Source: an uncultured bacterium (GTDB lineage Bacteria > Oederibacteriota > PGYV01 > CAWJRG01). From it: DNA of 64,000 bases. Positions 51,658 to 61,700 of this stretch are shown here, piece after piece; position 1 is the first letter of the stretch; the number at the start of each line of letters is the position of its first letter. The notes beneath the pieces were generated by a model. It saw only the letters and a program-made list of their open reading frames with translations. It had not been told where the DNA came from and did no database searches. Location of the stretch: positions 32,001 to 96,000 of the forward strand of contig CAWJRG010000005.1 in the NCBI GenBank assembly GCA_963845185.1, in the 5' to 3' direction. The position numbers were made by a program, and so were the translations under genes.

Positions 51658-52455
51658 CTACTCATTACCCGCCCTGTACAGCATATAGTTCACGTATTGT
51701 TTTATATTTTTTTCCTTTGCTTTCATGAGCATCGTGCCGACAAGTACGCCTCTTATCCTGCTGTCTATAAGTACTTCTTCTATATCTTCGGGCTTGTTAA
51801 TTCCGCTCTCGCATATTACTATCCTGTCTTTCGGGATTTGTTTTACCAGCCTTGATACCACTCCAAGATTTGTCTTGAATGTTTTTAAGTCCCGCGTGTT
51901 TATTCCTATAATCTCAGCCCCGCTTCCCACGGCTTTTCTTATATCATCTTTGCTGTGCACCTCAACCACGGGCGTCAAATTAAGAAACCTCGCCTTTTTC
52001 ACAAAATTATAGAGTTCCCTCTTGTCAAGAATCGCCGCGATTAAAAGCACGGCATCTGCCGTCGCTTCCCTGGTTTCATAAATCTGGTATTCGTCTATTA
52101 TAAAATCTTTCCTTAAGACAGGAACCCCTGACATTTTTTTCACGTCTTTGACGTATTCCAGCCTGCCGTCGAAGAATTTCTTGTCGGTAACCACGGATAT
52201 CGCTTTAATGCCAGCGTCCTCGTATATTTTTGCAATCTTGCCTGCGTTGATATTTGTGCGCATGACTCCCTGTGAAGGGGCTTTTTTCTTTATTTCGCCA
52301 ATAACCACAAAAGCATTGTATTCAAAAACATCCCTGAAATTCCTGTTTGCAGGCGTTTTCATTATGCTCTTTAAAAGTTCCTCCTGCGGTACTTTCAACT
52401 TTCTCAATTTGAGCTCGTTTTTCTTGTATTTCACTATCTTGCTTAGAAAACTCAT
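51658..52455 (-). CDS. trpC: Indole-3-glycerol phosphate synthase
   Basis: LRKDFIID, GINTRDL and ESGI motifs. Confidence 0.95.
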   Translation of the reverse strand: MSFLSKIVKYKKNELKLRKLKVPQEELLKSIMKTPANRNFRDVFEYNAFVVIGEIKKKAPSQGVMRTNINAGKIAKIYEDAGIKAISVVTDKKFFDGRLEYVKDVKKMSGVPVLRKDFIIDEYQIYETREATADAVLLIAAILDKRELYNFVKKARFLNLTPVVEVHSKDDIRKAVGSGAEIIGINTRDLKTFKTNLGVVSRLVKQIPKDRIVICESGINKPEDIEEVLIDSRIRGVLVGTMLMKAKEKNIKQYVNYMLYRAGNE

Positions 52456-52471
52456 GTGTTCCTCCTGTGGA

Positions 52472-52555
52472 ATAATTTTCAATTTTCAGTTTTCAATTAT
52501 CAATTAAAAACCATACTTGCCTTTAATTGAAAATTGATAATTCTTAATTGTCAAT
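52472..52555. repeat. Inverted arrays of degenerate 7-nt repeats (TTTTCAA/TTATCAA ... TTGAAAA/TTGATAA)
   Basis: Same family at ~926-952, 3335-3392, 12650-12683 and 36105-36165. Confidence 0.7.
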
Positions 52556-52560
52556 CCTTG

Positions 52561-53574
52561 TTATTTGTTGGAACATTCCCTGAACTGGTTCAGCTTTTCC
52601 ATAACTTTCCCTTCAGTAATCAAGGCGCGCGCCGTTTCCATGCCTTCCTTTGCTTTAGCGACTTTGTCGGCCGTATAAAGCGCGAATCCGCTGTTTATCA
52701 CAATGGCGTCGTAATAAGCGTCTTTCCGTTTGCCTTCAAAAATTTCAACCAGTATCCTGGCGTTTTCTTCAGGGCTGCCCCCGTGTATCGCTGCCAATGG
52801 CTGTTCCTTGATGTCATATAATGACGGTTTAATCCTGTATGTTTTTATGCTTCCGTCTTTCAACTCGGAAATTTTAGTATAGCCCGAGAGTATTACTTCG
52901 TCAATACCGCCTTCGCCGCAGACAACAAGGGCGTGTATTGAACCCAGCCGTTTTAAAACGCCTGCCATTTTCTCTGTTAATTCCTCGGAAAAAACGCCAA
53001 GTAAATGATGGGTGTTTTTCGCCGGGTTTGTCAGGGGGCCAAGAATATTGAATATCGTCCTTATGCCTATTTCTTTCCTTACATTTCCAGCGTATTTCAT
53101 TGCCTTGTGAAAATTCGGCGCGAATAAAAAACCTATGCCGACATTATCAATGCATTTCTTTACCTTGTCCGGAGACAGGTCTATGTTGATGCCAAGCGCT
53201 TTTAAAACATCTGCGCTTCCGCTTTTGCTCGTGGCAGCCCTGTTGCCGTGTTTTGCCACCGCTATGCCTGCCGCGGCCATGACAACAGCCACGCCGGTCG
53301 AAATATTTATTGTCCCCGACGAATCGCCGCCTGTCCCGCATGTGTCAAGAATCACGTCCTTTTCGAGGTCAAACGGCTCGGCTTTTTCGCGCATAACCAC
53401 AGCCGCGGCTGTTATCTCGTCTATTGTCTCGCCCTTGACGCGTAAAGCAGTTAAAAAAGACGCTATCTGAGCGTCGTTTGTTTTCCCGCTCATTATCGCA
53501 TCCATTGCTTCCTTCATTTCATCAAAAGTGAGGTCTTTCCCGTCAACCATTTCTTGAACGAATTTTTTAAGCAT
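52561..53574 (-). CDS. trpD: Anthranilate phosphoribosyltransferase
   Basis: DTCGTGGD, NIST, KHGNR and GSAD motifs. Confidence 0.97.
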   Translation of the reverse strand: MLKKFVQEMVDGKDLTFDEMKEAMDAIMSGKTNDAQIASFLTALRVKGETIDEITAAAVVMREKAEPFDLEKDVILDTCGTGGDSSGTINISTGVAVVMAAAGIAVAKHGNRAATSKSGSADVLKALGINIDLSPDKVKKCIDNVGIGFLFAPNFHKAMKYAGNVRKEIGIRTIFNILGPLTNPAKNTHHLLGVFSEELTEKMAGVLKRLGSIHALVVCGEGGIDEVILSGYTKISELKDGSIKTYRIKPSLYDIKEQPLAAIHGGSPEENARILVEIFEGKRKDAYYDAIVINSGFALYTADKVAKAKEGMETARALITEGKVMEKLNQFRECSNK

Positions 53575-53593
53575 TATACACTCCCGATACTAT

Positions 53594-54361
53594 TTATATT
53601 TCGAACAGCTTTTCAGCGTTCGCCGTGGTTATACGCTCCACTTCCTGCGGCATCATGTTTTTCAGGGCTGCTATTTCGGCCACTACATACTGCAGATAAG
53701 CCGGCTCGTTCCTTTTGCCCCTGAAATTCTGCGGCGCAAGATACGGCGCGTCAGTCTCCAGTACCACATGTTCCAAAGGAATTTTCTTTACAGCTTCCTT
53801 TACCACTCCGGCATTTTTAAAAGTAACAACCCCGCCTATGCCTATGGCAAAACCAAGGTCTATGAATTTTTTCGCAATATCGTATTCCACTCCGAAGCAG
53901 TGCAGCACGCCTTTTTTCTCCACGCCATGCCGCTTGAGTATGGCATAAACATCATCATAAGCCTCCCTGCTGTGTATTGCAACAGGAAGGCCCGTCTCTT
54001 TTGCGAGCAAAAGCATGCGCTCAAAAACTCCTGCCTGAATATCCTTCGGTGATTCGTTTTTGTAATAGTCAAGCCCTATTTCGCCGATTGCCTTTATATT
54101 CCTGCATCTATTCACAATATCTTTTATTTCATTATAAACATCGTCGTTGAAAGCCGTAGCGCAATGCGGATGAAATCCTACCGAAATGTAAATCCCGTCA
54201 GTACAGGCTTCCGCAAACTCCGCGATTTTCCTGTCCTCTTCAATGTCCGCACCGACGTTTATCAGTTTATGCACTCCGGCGTTTTTCGCGCGTTTGAGTA
54301 TTTGGCCCCTGTCCGGATCGTATACGGGGTCGCATAAATGAATATGCGTGTCTATTATCAT
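53594..54361 (-). CDS. tatD: TatD-family DNase
   Basis: DTHIH, GFHPH, GEIGLDY and ETDAPYL motifs. Confidence 0.93.
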   Translation of the reverse strand: MIIDTHIHLCDPVYDPDRGQILKRAKNAGVHKLINVGADIEEDRKIAEFAEACTDGIYISVGFHPHCATAFNDDVYNEIKDIVNRCRNIKAIGEIGLDYYKNESPKDIQAGVFERMLLLAKETGLPVAIHSREAYDDVYAILKRHGVEKKGVLHCFGVEYDIAKKFIDLGFAIGIGGVVTFKNAGVVKEAVKKIPLEHVVLETDAPYLAPQNFRGKRNEPAYLQYVVAEIAALKNMMPQEVERITTANAEKLFEI

Positions 54362-55932
54362 TTGCTTTTCACTTCCTGGTCCTGTATGCGCGGGAAAAGA
54401 GGCGAGCCCTTTTCCACTTTCATGCCGGCTGTAATTTTCCCGAATTCCATTTCTTTATCCAGGTTAATCCGCTGCATGTCCAGGTTCATTTTTAAGTTCT
54501 GTTTCATTATTGCCTGCGCCACCCTGGGCATTACCGGCGCTATGGCCAGGGTAACCAGCCTTATGCTTTCGCAAAGCAAATACATGACGCTGCCCAGCTC
54601 TTTTATCTTGCCCTGCTTTTGCAGGTTCCACGGCGCCTCGTCCTCAATTAATTTATTGGCTGCCCTTACAAGCTCCCACGCGAGCTCCATGGCGCCCGAC
54701 AAATCAAACGCTTCCATTTTCTCCGCGTACTTTTTAAACAGGTCCTGCGACATTTCCATAATCTTGTTCATTTTGCCGTCAAGGCCCGGCATATCGAGCG
54801 CAGGCACCGTGCCCGCGAAATATTTTTCCACCATATTAAGCGACCTGTTTATCAGGTTGCCAAAATCATTTGCCAGGTCGTTGTTATACCTTGTTTTGAC
54901 TGCTTCTTCCGTACATTCGCCGTCCTGCCCGTTTGTGATATGCGCCGCGAAAAAATACCTTATCGGGTCAGTGCCGAAAGCAGTGCCCGCAAAAAGCGGG
55001 TTTGCCGCGAGCTCGACAGGGTCCACAACGTTCCCGCGTGTCTTTGACATTTTCTCCCCGCCGCTTAAAAGGAAACCATGTCCGAATACTTTTTTAGGCA
55101 GGGGCAGTCCGGCGGACATGAGCATTATGGGCCAGATTATACAATGGAACTTTATTATATCCTTGCCTATTATGTGCGCGTCAGCCGGCCAGTATTTGGC
55201 GAACTTTTTGTCATCAGCCGGGAACCCGGAAACCGTTATGTAGTTTATAAGTGCGTCAAACCATACGTAAACCTTATGTTCAATATCAAAGGAAAGCGGT
55301 ATTCCCCACTTCTGGCCGTGCCTTGACACGCTGATATCTTTCAGGCCTTCCTTTATCATATTTACTGTCTCGTTGCGCCTTGTTTCAGGCTCTATAAATC
55401 CCGGGTTGTCCCGTATGTGCTTTAACAGCCTGTCCTGGTATTTTGTGAGCTTGAGGAAATAATTCTCCTCTTTCAGCACGTCAGGCTTTGTCTTATGAAC
55501 CGGGCACTCGCCTTCCACCAAATCGGATTCCATGTAAAAGGCCTCGCATGAGCGGCAGTACCAGCCCTCGTAGTTGCCTTTGTAAATATCACCCGTGTCA
55601 AAGCATCTTTTAAAAAGCTCTGCCACTGCTTTTTTGTGCCTGTCTTCTGTCGTCTGTATGAAATCGTCGTAAGATATTTGGTACTGCGCGTAAACGTCCT
55701 TGAAAACCTTGGCCATTTCATCGCAGTAGGCCTTCGGGTCCTTTCCCTGCTCGACTGCCTTTGTGTAAACGTTTATACTGTGCTCGTCCGTGCCCGCGGA
55801 GAAAAGCACGTCAAAACCGCGCATCCTTTTATAGCGCGCTATTATATCCGCCGTTACCTTCTCGTACGCGTGCCCAATGTGAGGCTTCGAGTTGACGTAA
55901 TCTATGGCTGTTGTTATGAAAAATTTTTTCAA
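54358..55932 (-). CDS. metG: Methionyl-tRNA synthetase (short form, no C-terminal tRNA-binding domain)
   Basis: HIGH, GTDEH, YVWFDAL and KMSKT motifs; probable TTG start at 55932 after GAAGGA. Confidence 0.96.
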   Translation of the reverse strand: MKKFFITTAIDYVNSKPHIGHAYEKVTADIIARYKRMRGFDVLFSAGTDEHSINVYTKAVEQGKDPKAYCDEMAKVFKDVYAQYQISYDDFIQTTEDRHKKAVAELFKRCFDTGDIYKGNYEGWYCRSCEAFYMESDLVEGECPVHKTKPDVLKEENYFLKLTKYQDRLLKHIRDNPGFIEPETRRNETVNMIKEGLKDISVSRHGQKWGIPLSFDIEHKVYVWFDALINYITVSGFPADDKKFAKYWPADAHIIGKDIIKFHCIIWPIMLMSAGLPLPKKVFGHGFLLSGGEKMSKTRGNVVDPVELAANPLFAGTAFGTDPIRYFFAAHITNGQDGECTEEAVKTRYNNDLANDFGNLINRSLNMVEKYFAGTVPALDMPGLDGKMNKIMEMSQDLFKKYAEKMEAFDLSGAMELAWELVRAANKLIEDEAPWNLQKQGKIKELGSVMYLLCESIRLVTLAIAPVMPRVAQAIMKQNLKMNLDMQRINLDKEMEFGKITAGMKVEKGSPLFPRIQDQEVKSK

Positions 55933-55943
55933 TGTTTTTCCTT

Positions 55944-56043
55944 CAAGCATGAGTATTTTTTGCAAGCCTTATGGGCGCAGCAAAATATTACTCTTGCTTG
56001 CACCCGTTCCTATCCAAGGCTGCAAGGCCGAAGACAAGTGGTG
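55944..56043 (+). repeat. Two-hairpin dispersed element, copy H (second subfamily)
   Basis: CAAGCATGAGTA...TACTCTTGCTTG then GCACCCGTTCC...GGCT-GCAA-GGCC...GACAAGTGGTG; abuts the metG RBS. Confidence 0.85.
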
Positions 56044-56130
56044 AAACCGCGCATTTTTAAATACCCCGTTACAAATAATATAAGTTGAAAATATGACCCC
56101 TGCATTTTGCTTGCTGAATTTTGGATTTCC

Positions 56131-56892
56131 TCAGCCTTCGTCCGTCCAGCTCACATCAATCTCAGTATCAATAGGCGTCTCAGCAACGGGTTCATCCAGT
56201 ATGTTCTCAATGCCTGTTTCTTCCTCGGCAGGTATCGGCAGTATTGGCTTCACCGCCTGCTCGTATTTTTCGTAAGCAAGGCAGCAGAGCAGCCTTCCGC
56301 ACACCCCTGAAATCTTCGAGGGATTCAGGGGCAGTCCCTGCATCTTGGCCATTCTTATGGTTATGGGCGTGAAGGCTTTCAAAAACTTTTTGCAGCAGCA
56401 TATTCTGCCGCATATTCCCAGGCCACCGATTTTTTTGGCGTATTCTCGCCTGCTTATTTGCCTGAGCTCTATTTTAATTCTGAAAGTCTTGACCAGGTCC
56501 TTTAAGAGTTCCCTGAAGTCCACCCTGTTTTCCGCCACAAAGTAAAAAATAACTTTCCTTAAGTCGTCCGTGTATTTGACATCGACAAGCCTCATTTGCA
56601 GTTTTCTTTCATCTATCCTTTTCGCGCAGAACTCCCACGCGCGCCTTTCCATCTTGAATTTTTTTTGCGCGAATACTTCTTTGCGGTCTGTCAGGTACCT
56701 TAATACCATGCGCAAAGGCGCGTAAACCTTGTCCGGCTCAAGGAAAAAGTTTGGCAAAACAACCTCGGCTTCCTCGGAGCCCGTGATGGTCTCAATAACG
56801 CACTTTTCGCCCTTTTCGAACTGCATCTTCTGCGGGTTATAATAAAGTATCTTGTCATCGTCTTTTAGCTTTATTCCGACTACCTCAATCAT
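56131..56892 (-). CDS. ricT: PSP1-domain protein (YaaT/RicT)
   Basis: RVDFRELLKDL, GGLGICGRICCC and KISGVCGRLLCCL; conserved holB-yaaT-metG-tatD context. Confidence 0.9.
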   Translation of the reverse strand: MIEVVGIKLKDDDKILYYNPQKMQFEKGEKCVIETITGSEEAEVVLPNFFLEPDKVYAPLRMVLRYLTDRKEVFAQKKFKMERRAWEFCAKRIDERKLQMRLVDVKYTDDLRKVIFYFVAENRVDFRELLKDLVKTFRIKIELRQISRREYAKKIGGLGICGRICCCKKFLKAFTPITIRMAKMQGLPLNPSKISGVCGRLLCCLAYEKYEQAVKPILPIPAEEETGIENILDEPVAETPIDTEIDVSWTDEG

Positions 56893-56895
56893 TCC

Positions 56896-57942
56896 TTAAC
56901 CTTCTTTCCTTATGTTAAAAAATAAGTTTGTAAAAAGCAGGCTTATATTGGCGTTCTGCATCAAATCCCTCTGCGCCGATTCAATAAGGCTGATTATATT
57001 CGCCAGGCTTCTTATGCTGTAGACCCTTATTTCGCTTTTAATCAAGCCGTATTTCCTCGATAAAAGCTCTTTTATGCCCAATTTTTCGAGAATTAAATCT
57101 TTATAAATATATGACAGTATCTTCAAAATATCAAGCAAAAACATCCTGCCTCCGCCTGTTTTCGAGGCCTTTTTGCCTGCCTCTATATACTGCAAAGATT
57201 CAAATATGGTACCGATATCGGTTTTTGGCGAGGATATCTTCCTGAAAATGTCGGTCGTATATTTTATTTCTTCCTTTATCTCCTCGTAGTGCAGGGCAGC
57301 GCCTATTTTTCCTTCGGCAAATTCTGCAGCCTCCAGTATCTTTTCCTCGTCCCAGTCAGGCATAAGCGCCCTTAATTTGCTTTCTATTTCCTTTTTTCCC
57401 GTTCTTTTCAGCTCGATTTTATAGCACCTGGAAATAATGGTGGGCAGAATTTTTTCTATATTGTTTACCAGGAGTATGATAATCACGTTATCGTGCGGTT
57501 CCTCAAGTTCCTTTAAAATCGAATTTGCGGCTTCCTTGTTCATCTTCTCCGCATCGTTGATAATAACTGTTTTTTTCTTCAGCTCAATCCTGCCGTATGA
57601 ATTCATTTCATTAAGCTTGTCCCTTACGAGCTCTATCGAAAGCTGCGCTTTCTCCGTATTTACATAAAGGATATCCGGATGAGGATTTTTCTGCATGCCA
57701 TCCTCGTCAAGGTCCGCAAAAACCTTGTTAAGCAGTGTGCAGTTCCTGCACGCGTCGCAAGAGTCGTGATTTGTGCCGGGGTTAATGCAGTTGATCGCTT
57801 TGGCAAACTGCAGAGCCGCGAAACTTTTGCCTATTTCTTCCTCGCCCGTGAATATATACGCGCGTCCCTGTTTTTCCTGCATGGCTATTGAAAGCAGAAT
57901 GTCTTTTGACAGCGGGTTTCCTGCTATGTCTTTTATTGCCAT
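56896..57942 (-). CDS. holB: DNA polymerase III delta-prime subunit
   Basis: AYIFTG...GK, zinc cysteines, HPD, ANSILKELEEP and TIISRC motifs; TGATG overlap with tmk. Confidence 0.92.
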   Translation of the reverse strand: MAIKDIAGNPLSKDILLSIAMQEKQGRAYIFTGEEEIGKSFAALQFAKAINCINPGTNHDSCDACRNCTLLNKVFADLDEDGMQKNPHPDILYVNTEKAQLSIELVRDKLNEMNSYGRIELKKKTVIINDAEKMNKEAANSILKELEEPHDNVIIILLVNNIEKILPTIISRCYKIELKRTGKKEIESKLRALMPDWDEEKILEAAEFAEGKIGAALHYEEIKEEIKYTTDIFRKISSPKTDIGTIFESLQYIEAGKKASKTGGGRMFLLDILKILSYIYKDLILEKLGIKELLSRKYGLIKSEIRVYSIRSLANIISLIESAQRDLMQNANISLLFTNLFFNIRKEG

Positions 57943-58565
57943 CAAATTATCCTTTTTTTCCCGAGGCACAAAAGCGTTTCGTTGAAAATTTGTTCGAAAT
58001 TTTTATTATCGGTTTTTATGATTGTGCAATTACGCATTTTTTTTGCTTCATTTAAATAAGCGAGCCGCACCATGGCGTGAAATACTTTTTTCTCAAGGTC
58101 AAGCCTGTTTTTTTTGCCTCTTTTTGCCATGCGCTTTTCCGCCTCGTTTAAAGAGACATCATAGACTATTGTCAAATCGGGCCTGATCCCGTCAAGCACA
58201 AATTTATTCAGGCCATGTATTATTTTTTTGTCTATATTTCGCGCATACCCCTGGTAAACCAGAGTCGATAAAGTAAATCTGTCAAGAAGCACAATGAAAC
58301 CTGATTTGAGAAAGCCTTTGATTTTTTCCTCTATTATCTGCGCCCTGCTTGCTATATAAAGCAAAAACTCAGTTTTGAACGAGATGTTTTTGTGTTTTGG
58401 GTCAAGGATTATGGCCCTTATTTTCTCGGAAATGACAGTTCCGCCCGGCTCGCGTAAAAGAGTGGTTTTTTTGTGTTTTGCCCTTATATATTTGAATATT
58501 TTTAGAGCCTGAGTGCTCTTTCCAGAGGCCTCCGGCCCCTCAAAAATGATTAGTTTGCCTTTCAT
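57942..58565 (-). CDS. tmk: Thymidylate kinase
   Basis: FEGPEASGKSTQ, REPGGT and LDRF motifs. Confidence 0.96.
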   Translation of the reverse strand: MKGKLIIFEGPEASGKSTQALKIFKYIRAKHKKTTLLREPGGTVISEKIRAIILDPKHKNISFKTEFLLYIASRAQIIEEKIKGFLKSGFIVLLDRFTLSTLVYQGYARNIDKKIIHGLNKFVLDGIRPDLTIVYDVSLNEAEKRMAKRGKKNRLDLEKKVFHAMVRLAYLNEAKKMRNCTIIKTDNKNFEQIFNETLLCLGKKRII

Positions 58566-58778
58566 AATATGCTCCCTTGCAACGATTCCAATCCTAAATC
58601 AGCAGAGTGGAAAAAAAATGTTGCCATTTTGTGAAATCTCAGTTTCGCTATTATACACAGCATTGAATATATTTTCAATATTTTTAATTAGCCTTGGAAA
58701 CATGATAAAATTTGATATTTTTTACAAAGATTTTTCAAAGGTTTGAATTTCAGAGTGTTTGCTTATCTCTGTTGTTTA

Positions 58779-61700
58779 TTAATCCGTTTCAGCCCTTATT
58801 AACGCAGATATCTTTACTATTTTCCTTGTTTTGTTGCCTATATTATCCACGCCTTCAACCACGCATATATATGTCCCGCTCGATACTTTCTCTCCGCCTA
58901 CGCCTTTTAAATCCCAGTTTATACTGGCTGCTCCAAGGTCACCGGCAAGTGTCCTTACAAGCTCACCTGCTATATTGTATATTTTTATTTTTATTGTACC
59001 GCCCGCGCTTGGCTGCCATGTAAATATTAAAGGGGTTGTAGTGTCTCCAGAGTATGGATTCGGCAATGACTTTACAGTGCCAAGCACATCGGTATTTCCT
59101 TCGTTAAGTATGGTAATTGACTTACTCGTAATTACAGTGCTGCCCTGGCCTGTTTTTACCACAAGCTGCACTTCATATACCCCGTTCTGCACATAATTCC
59201 CCTGTGAATTTTTTCCGTCCCATGATAACGGGGCGGCTGTGGAAGTGTAACTAATTGTTATCGGCGGCGCTCCCTTTCCTACTGGCAATACATAATTCTT
59301 ATTGCCGTTGGTGTTGCTTACGTCCAGCGATACCTGACCGTTGCCGTTATACGGCGCTGTTATCGTCTGCACAAGCTCCCCTGCGCTGTTGAAAATATTT
59401 ACCTGCACATAATGGTTTGTTCCAATTGCTGTTATCTGTTTTGTTATTACATTCGTATGCCCGTAAGGGTCGGTTGTAGTTTCTTTTATGTAATAAACCC
59501 CGTTTACTACGTTCTGGCCTGCGCTGTTTGTCCCGTCCCATGTAAAGTCAGAGTATGTACCTTTCTGCTGGTCAGGCGTTTGTATGCCTGGAATTCTTAT
59601 TGTAACCGCCGTGCCTGAGCCAGGCGAAACTACGCCTGTCTGGTTTCCGTTCAGCAGCAGTTCCACCTGCTGCGCTTCACCTGATGCCGTTGTATTTGTT
59701 ATTGTTTTCACCAGTTCCCCTGCCTCGTTATACACGCTTATATTAATAACATACTGGAATGGTTGCGGCGTAATCGTTATAGTCAACGTTTGCGTTATAG
59801 TGGCTGTTGCAGTGTCAGTAAGTGTCTGTGTGCTCGTCGATGTATATGTGTAAGTGCTTGTCTGCGTAAGTGTTCCCGTGTAGGTAACGCTGGCAGTGTC
59901 AGTAAGCGTCTGCGTGCTCGTCGATGTGTAAGTAGAGGTGCTAGTAGGCGTAAATGTTATTGTATATGTATATGTGCATGTCGGCGTATCGCTTGACGTA
60001 GGTGTAAACGAAGGTGTGTTTAAAGATGTATTTGTATATGTGCATGTTTCTGTTTGTGTATCAGTAACAGTATTTGTGGATGTGGCAGTGCTTGTATCGG
60101 TATACGTGCTTGTGGCTGTATATGTAAAAGTCTCGGTAAGCGTTATTGTATATGTGGGTGTGAATGTCGCCGACAGAATTATAATAGTATATGTCATTGT
60201 TATCGTATATGTCGGCGTATGCGTGCTTGTGGGCGTAGGCGTTTCCGTACTTGTGTATGTTACTGTTTCCGTATATGTGTCTGTGGGCGATGTCGTGTTT
60301 GTGTATGTCGGCGTATTTGTATTCGTGTCTGTCTGCGTGTAAGTTGGCGTTATTGTTTTTGTTATGGTGTAAGTAGGCGTAAACGTAGCTGACAGTATTA
60401 CCACGGTAAAAGACGTTGTTATAGTGTATGTCGGCGTATGTGTATTTGTAGGTGTAGGCGTTTGCGTGCTTGTGTATGTTACTGTATCCGTGTATGTGTC
60501 TGTAGGAGACATCGTGTTTGTGTATGTCGGAGTATTTGTCCGCGTTGACGTTTGCGTGTATGTCGGCGTTATTGTTAATGTTTCTGTCCGCGTTGACGTG
60601 GACGTGGCTGTATATGTAAATGTATACGTAACTGTCTGTGTATATGTTGGTGTCGGCGATGCCGTGTTTGTGTATGTCATCGTTGCTGTCGGCGTAGGCG
60701 TCTGTGTGTAAGTCGGCGTATATGTTTTGGTGAATGTTATTGACACTGTGTTTGTCACGCTAAAAGTAACTGTCCGTGTCGCTGTCACAGTATCTGTATA
60801 AGTGTAAGTATAGGTTACTGTATTTGTATTAGTGTATGTCACTGTCGATGTTCTTGTAAACGTAACAGTCGGGGTGTTCGTCAGCGTATATGTTCGTGTG
60901 TAAGTGAATGTTGGCGAATTTGAATTTGGCGTCGGCGTTGGTGTCCTTGTCGGCGTTATGGTGAATGTTGGCGACATGCATACAATATTAAATACTACCG
61001 GGTTTGAAAATTCCGATACTATATTTGTCGCTCCTATGCCTCCGACATTTGTAAAGCTCTGGGCGCATGCATTCGTTGATGCCCACCACGTATATGAACC
61101 GCTCTGGTCGCTTATGTTACCCATGTTCCAGCTAACCATCGGATTTGTTGTCGCTGCGCCTGGGTTTGACCCTGCGTATGTCAGTCCTGTCGGTATCGTG
61201 TCGTATAATGTCGCGTTTGCCGCCACCCTCGGCACAAGTATTGCAAAGTTATTATATGCATCCTGTACTGTTCCGTTGCCGTCACCTGACTGGTTCCCAA
61301 CACCAGGCCTCCAGTCAGTATATGTTGCGCCTGCGCCGCAGTTAAAACCTGTAGTTGCCGCGCCCGTATCTGTAAATGATACCTGGTACCCAGTCGGCTC
61401 TGGCTGCCCAACCTGCCATACTTTCGCATTGAATATATAATCATTTCCGTTTTGCGTCATATATGTCTTTGTCCTGTACCATGTATTGCCGACTATTGTT
61501 ATCGCGCTTGAAGCACCATTATATGTACAGCTTGACCCCGCACATTTCTGTATGGCCATGTATGCGCCTGCTGGTGCAGTATCAATTGATAAAAGCAGGC
61601 TGTATGCTTCGGCATTTCCGCCTGCTTGTCCATTGCTCCTTAAAATCACCAGTCCGTCTGCTCCGGGATATGTGCCAGGGTTTATATAAACATCTGCTTC

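Noticed and set aside
55944..56043. SAM riboswitch or T-box upstream of metG
   Set aside because: No SAM-I or T-box consensus; the same element occurs beside unrelated genes and in both orientations
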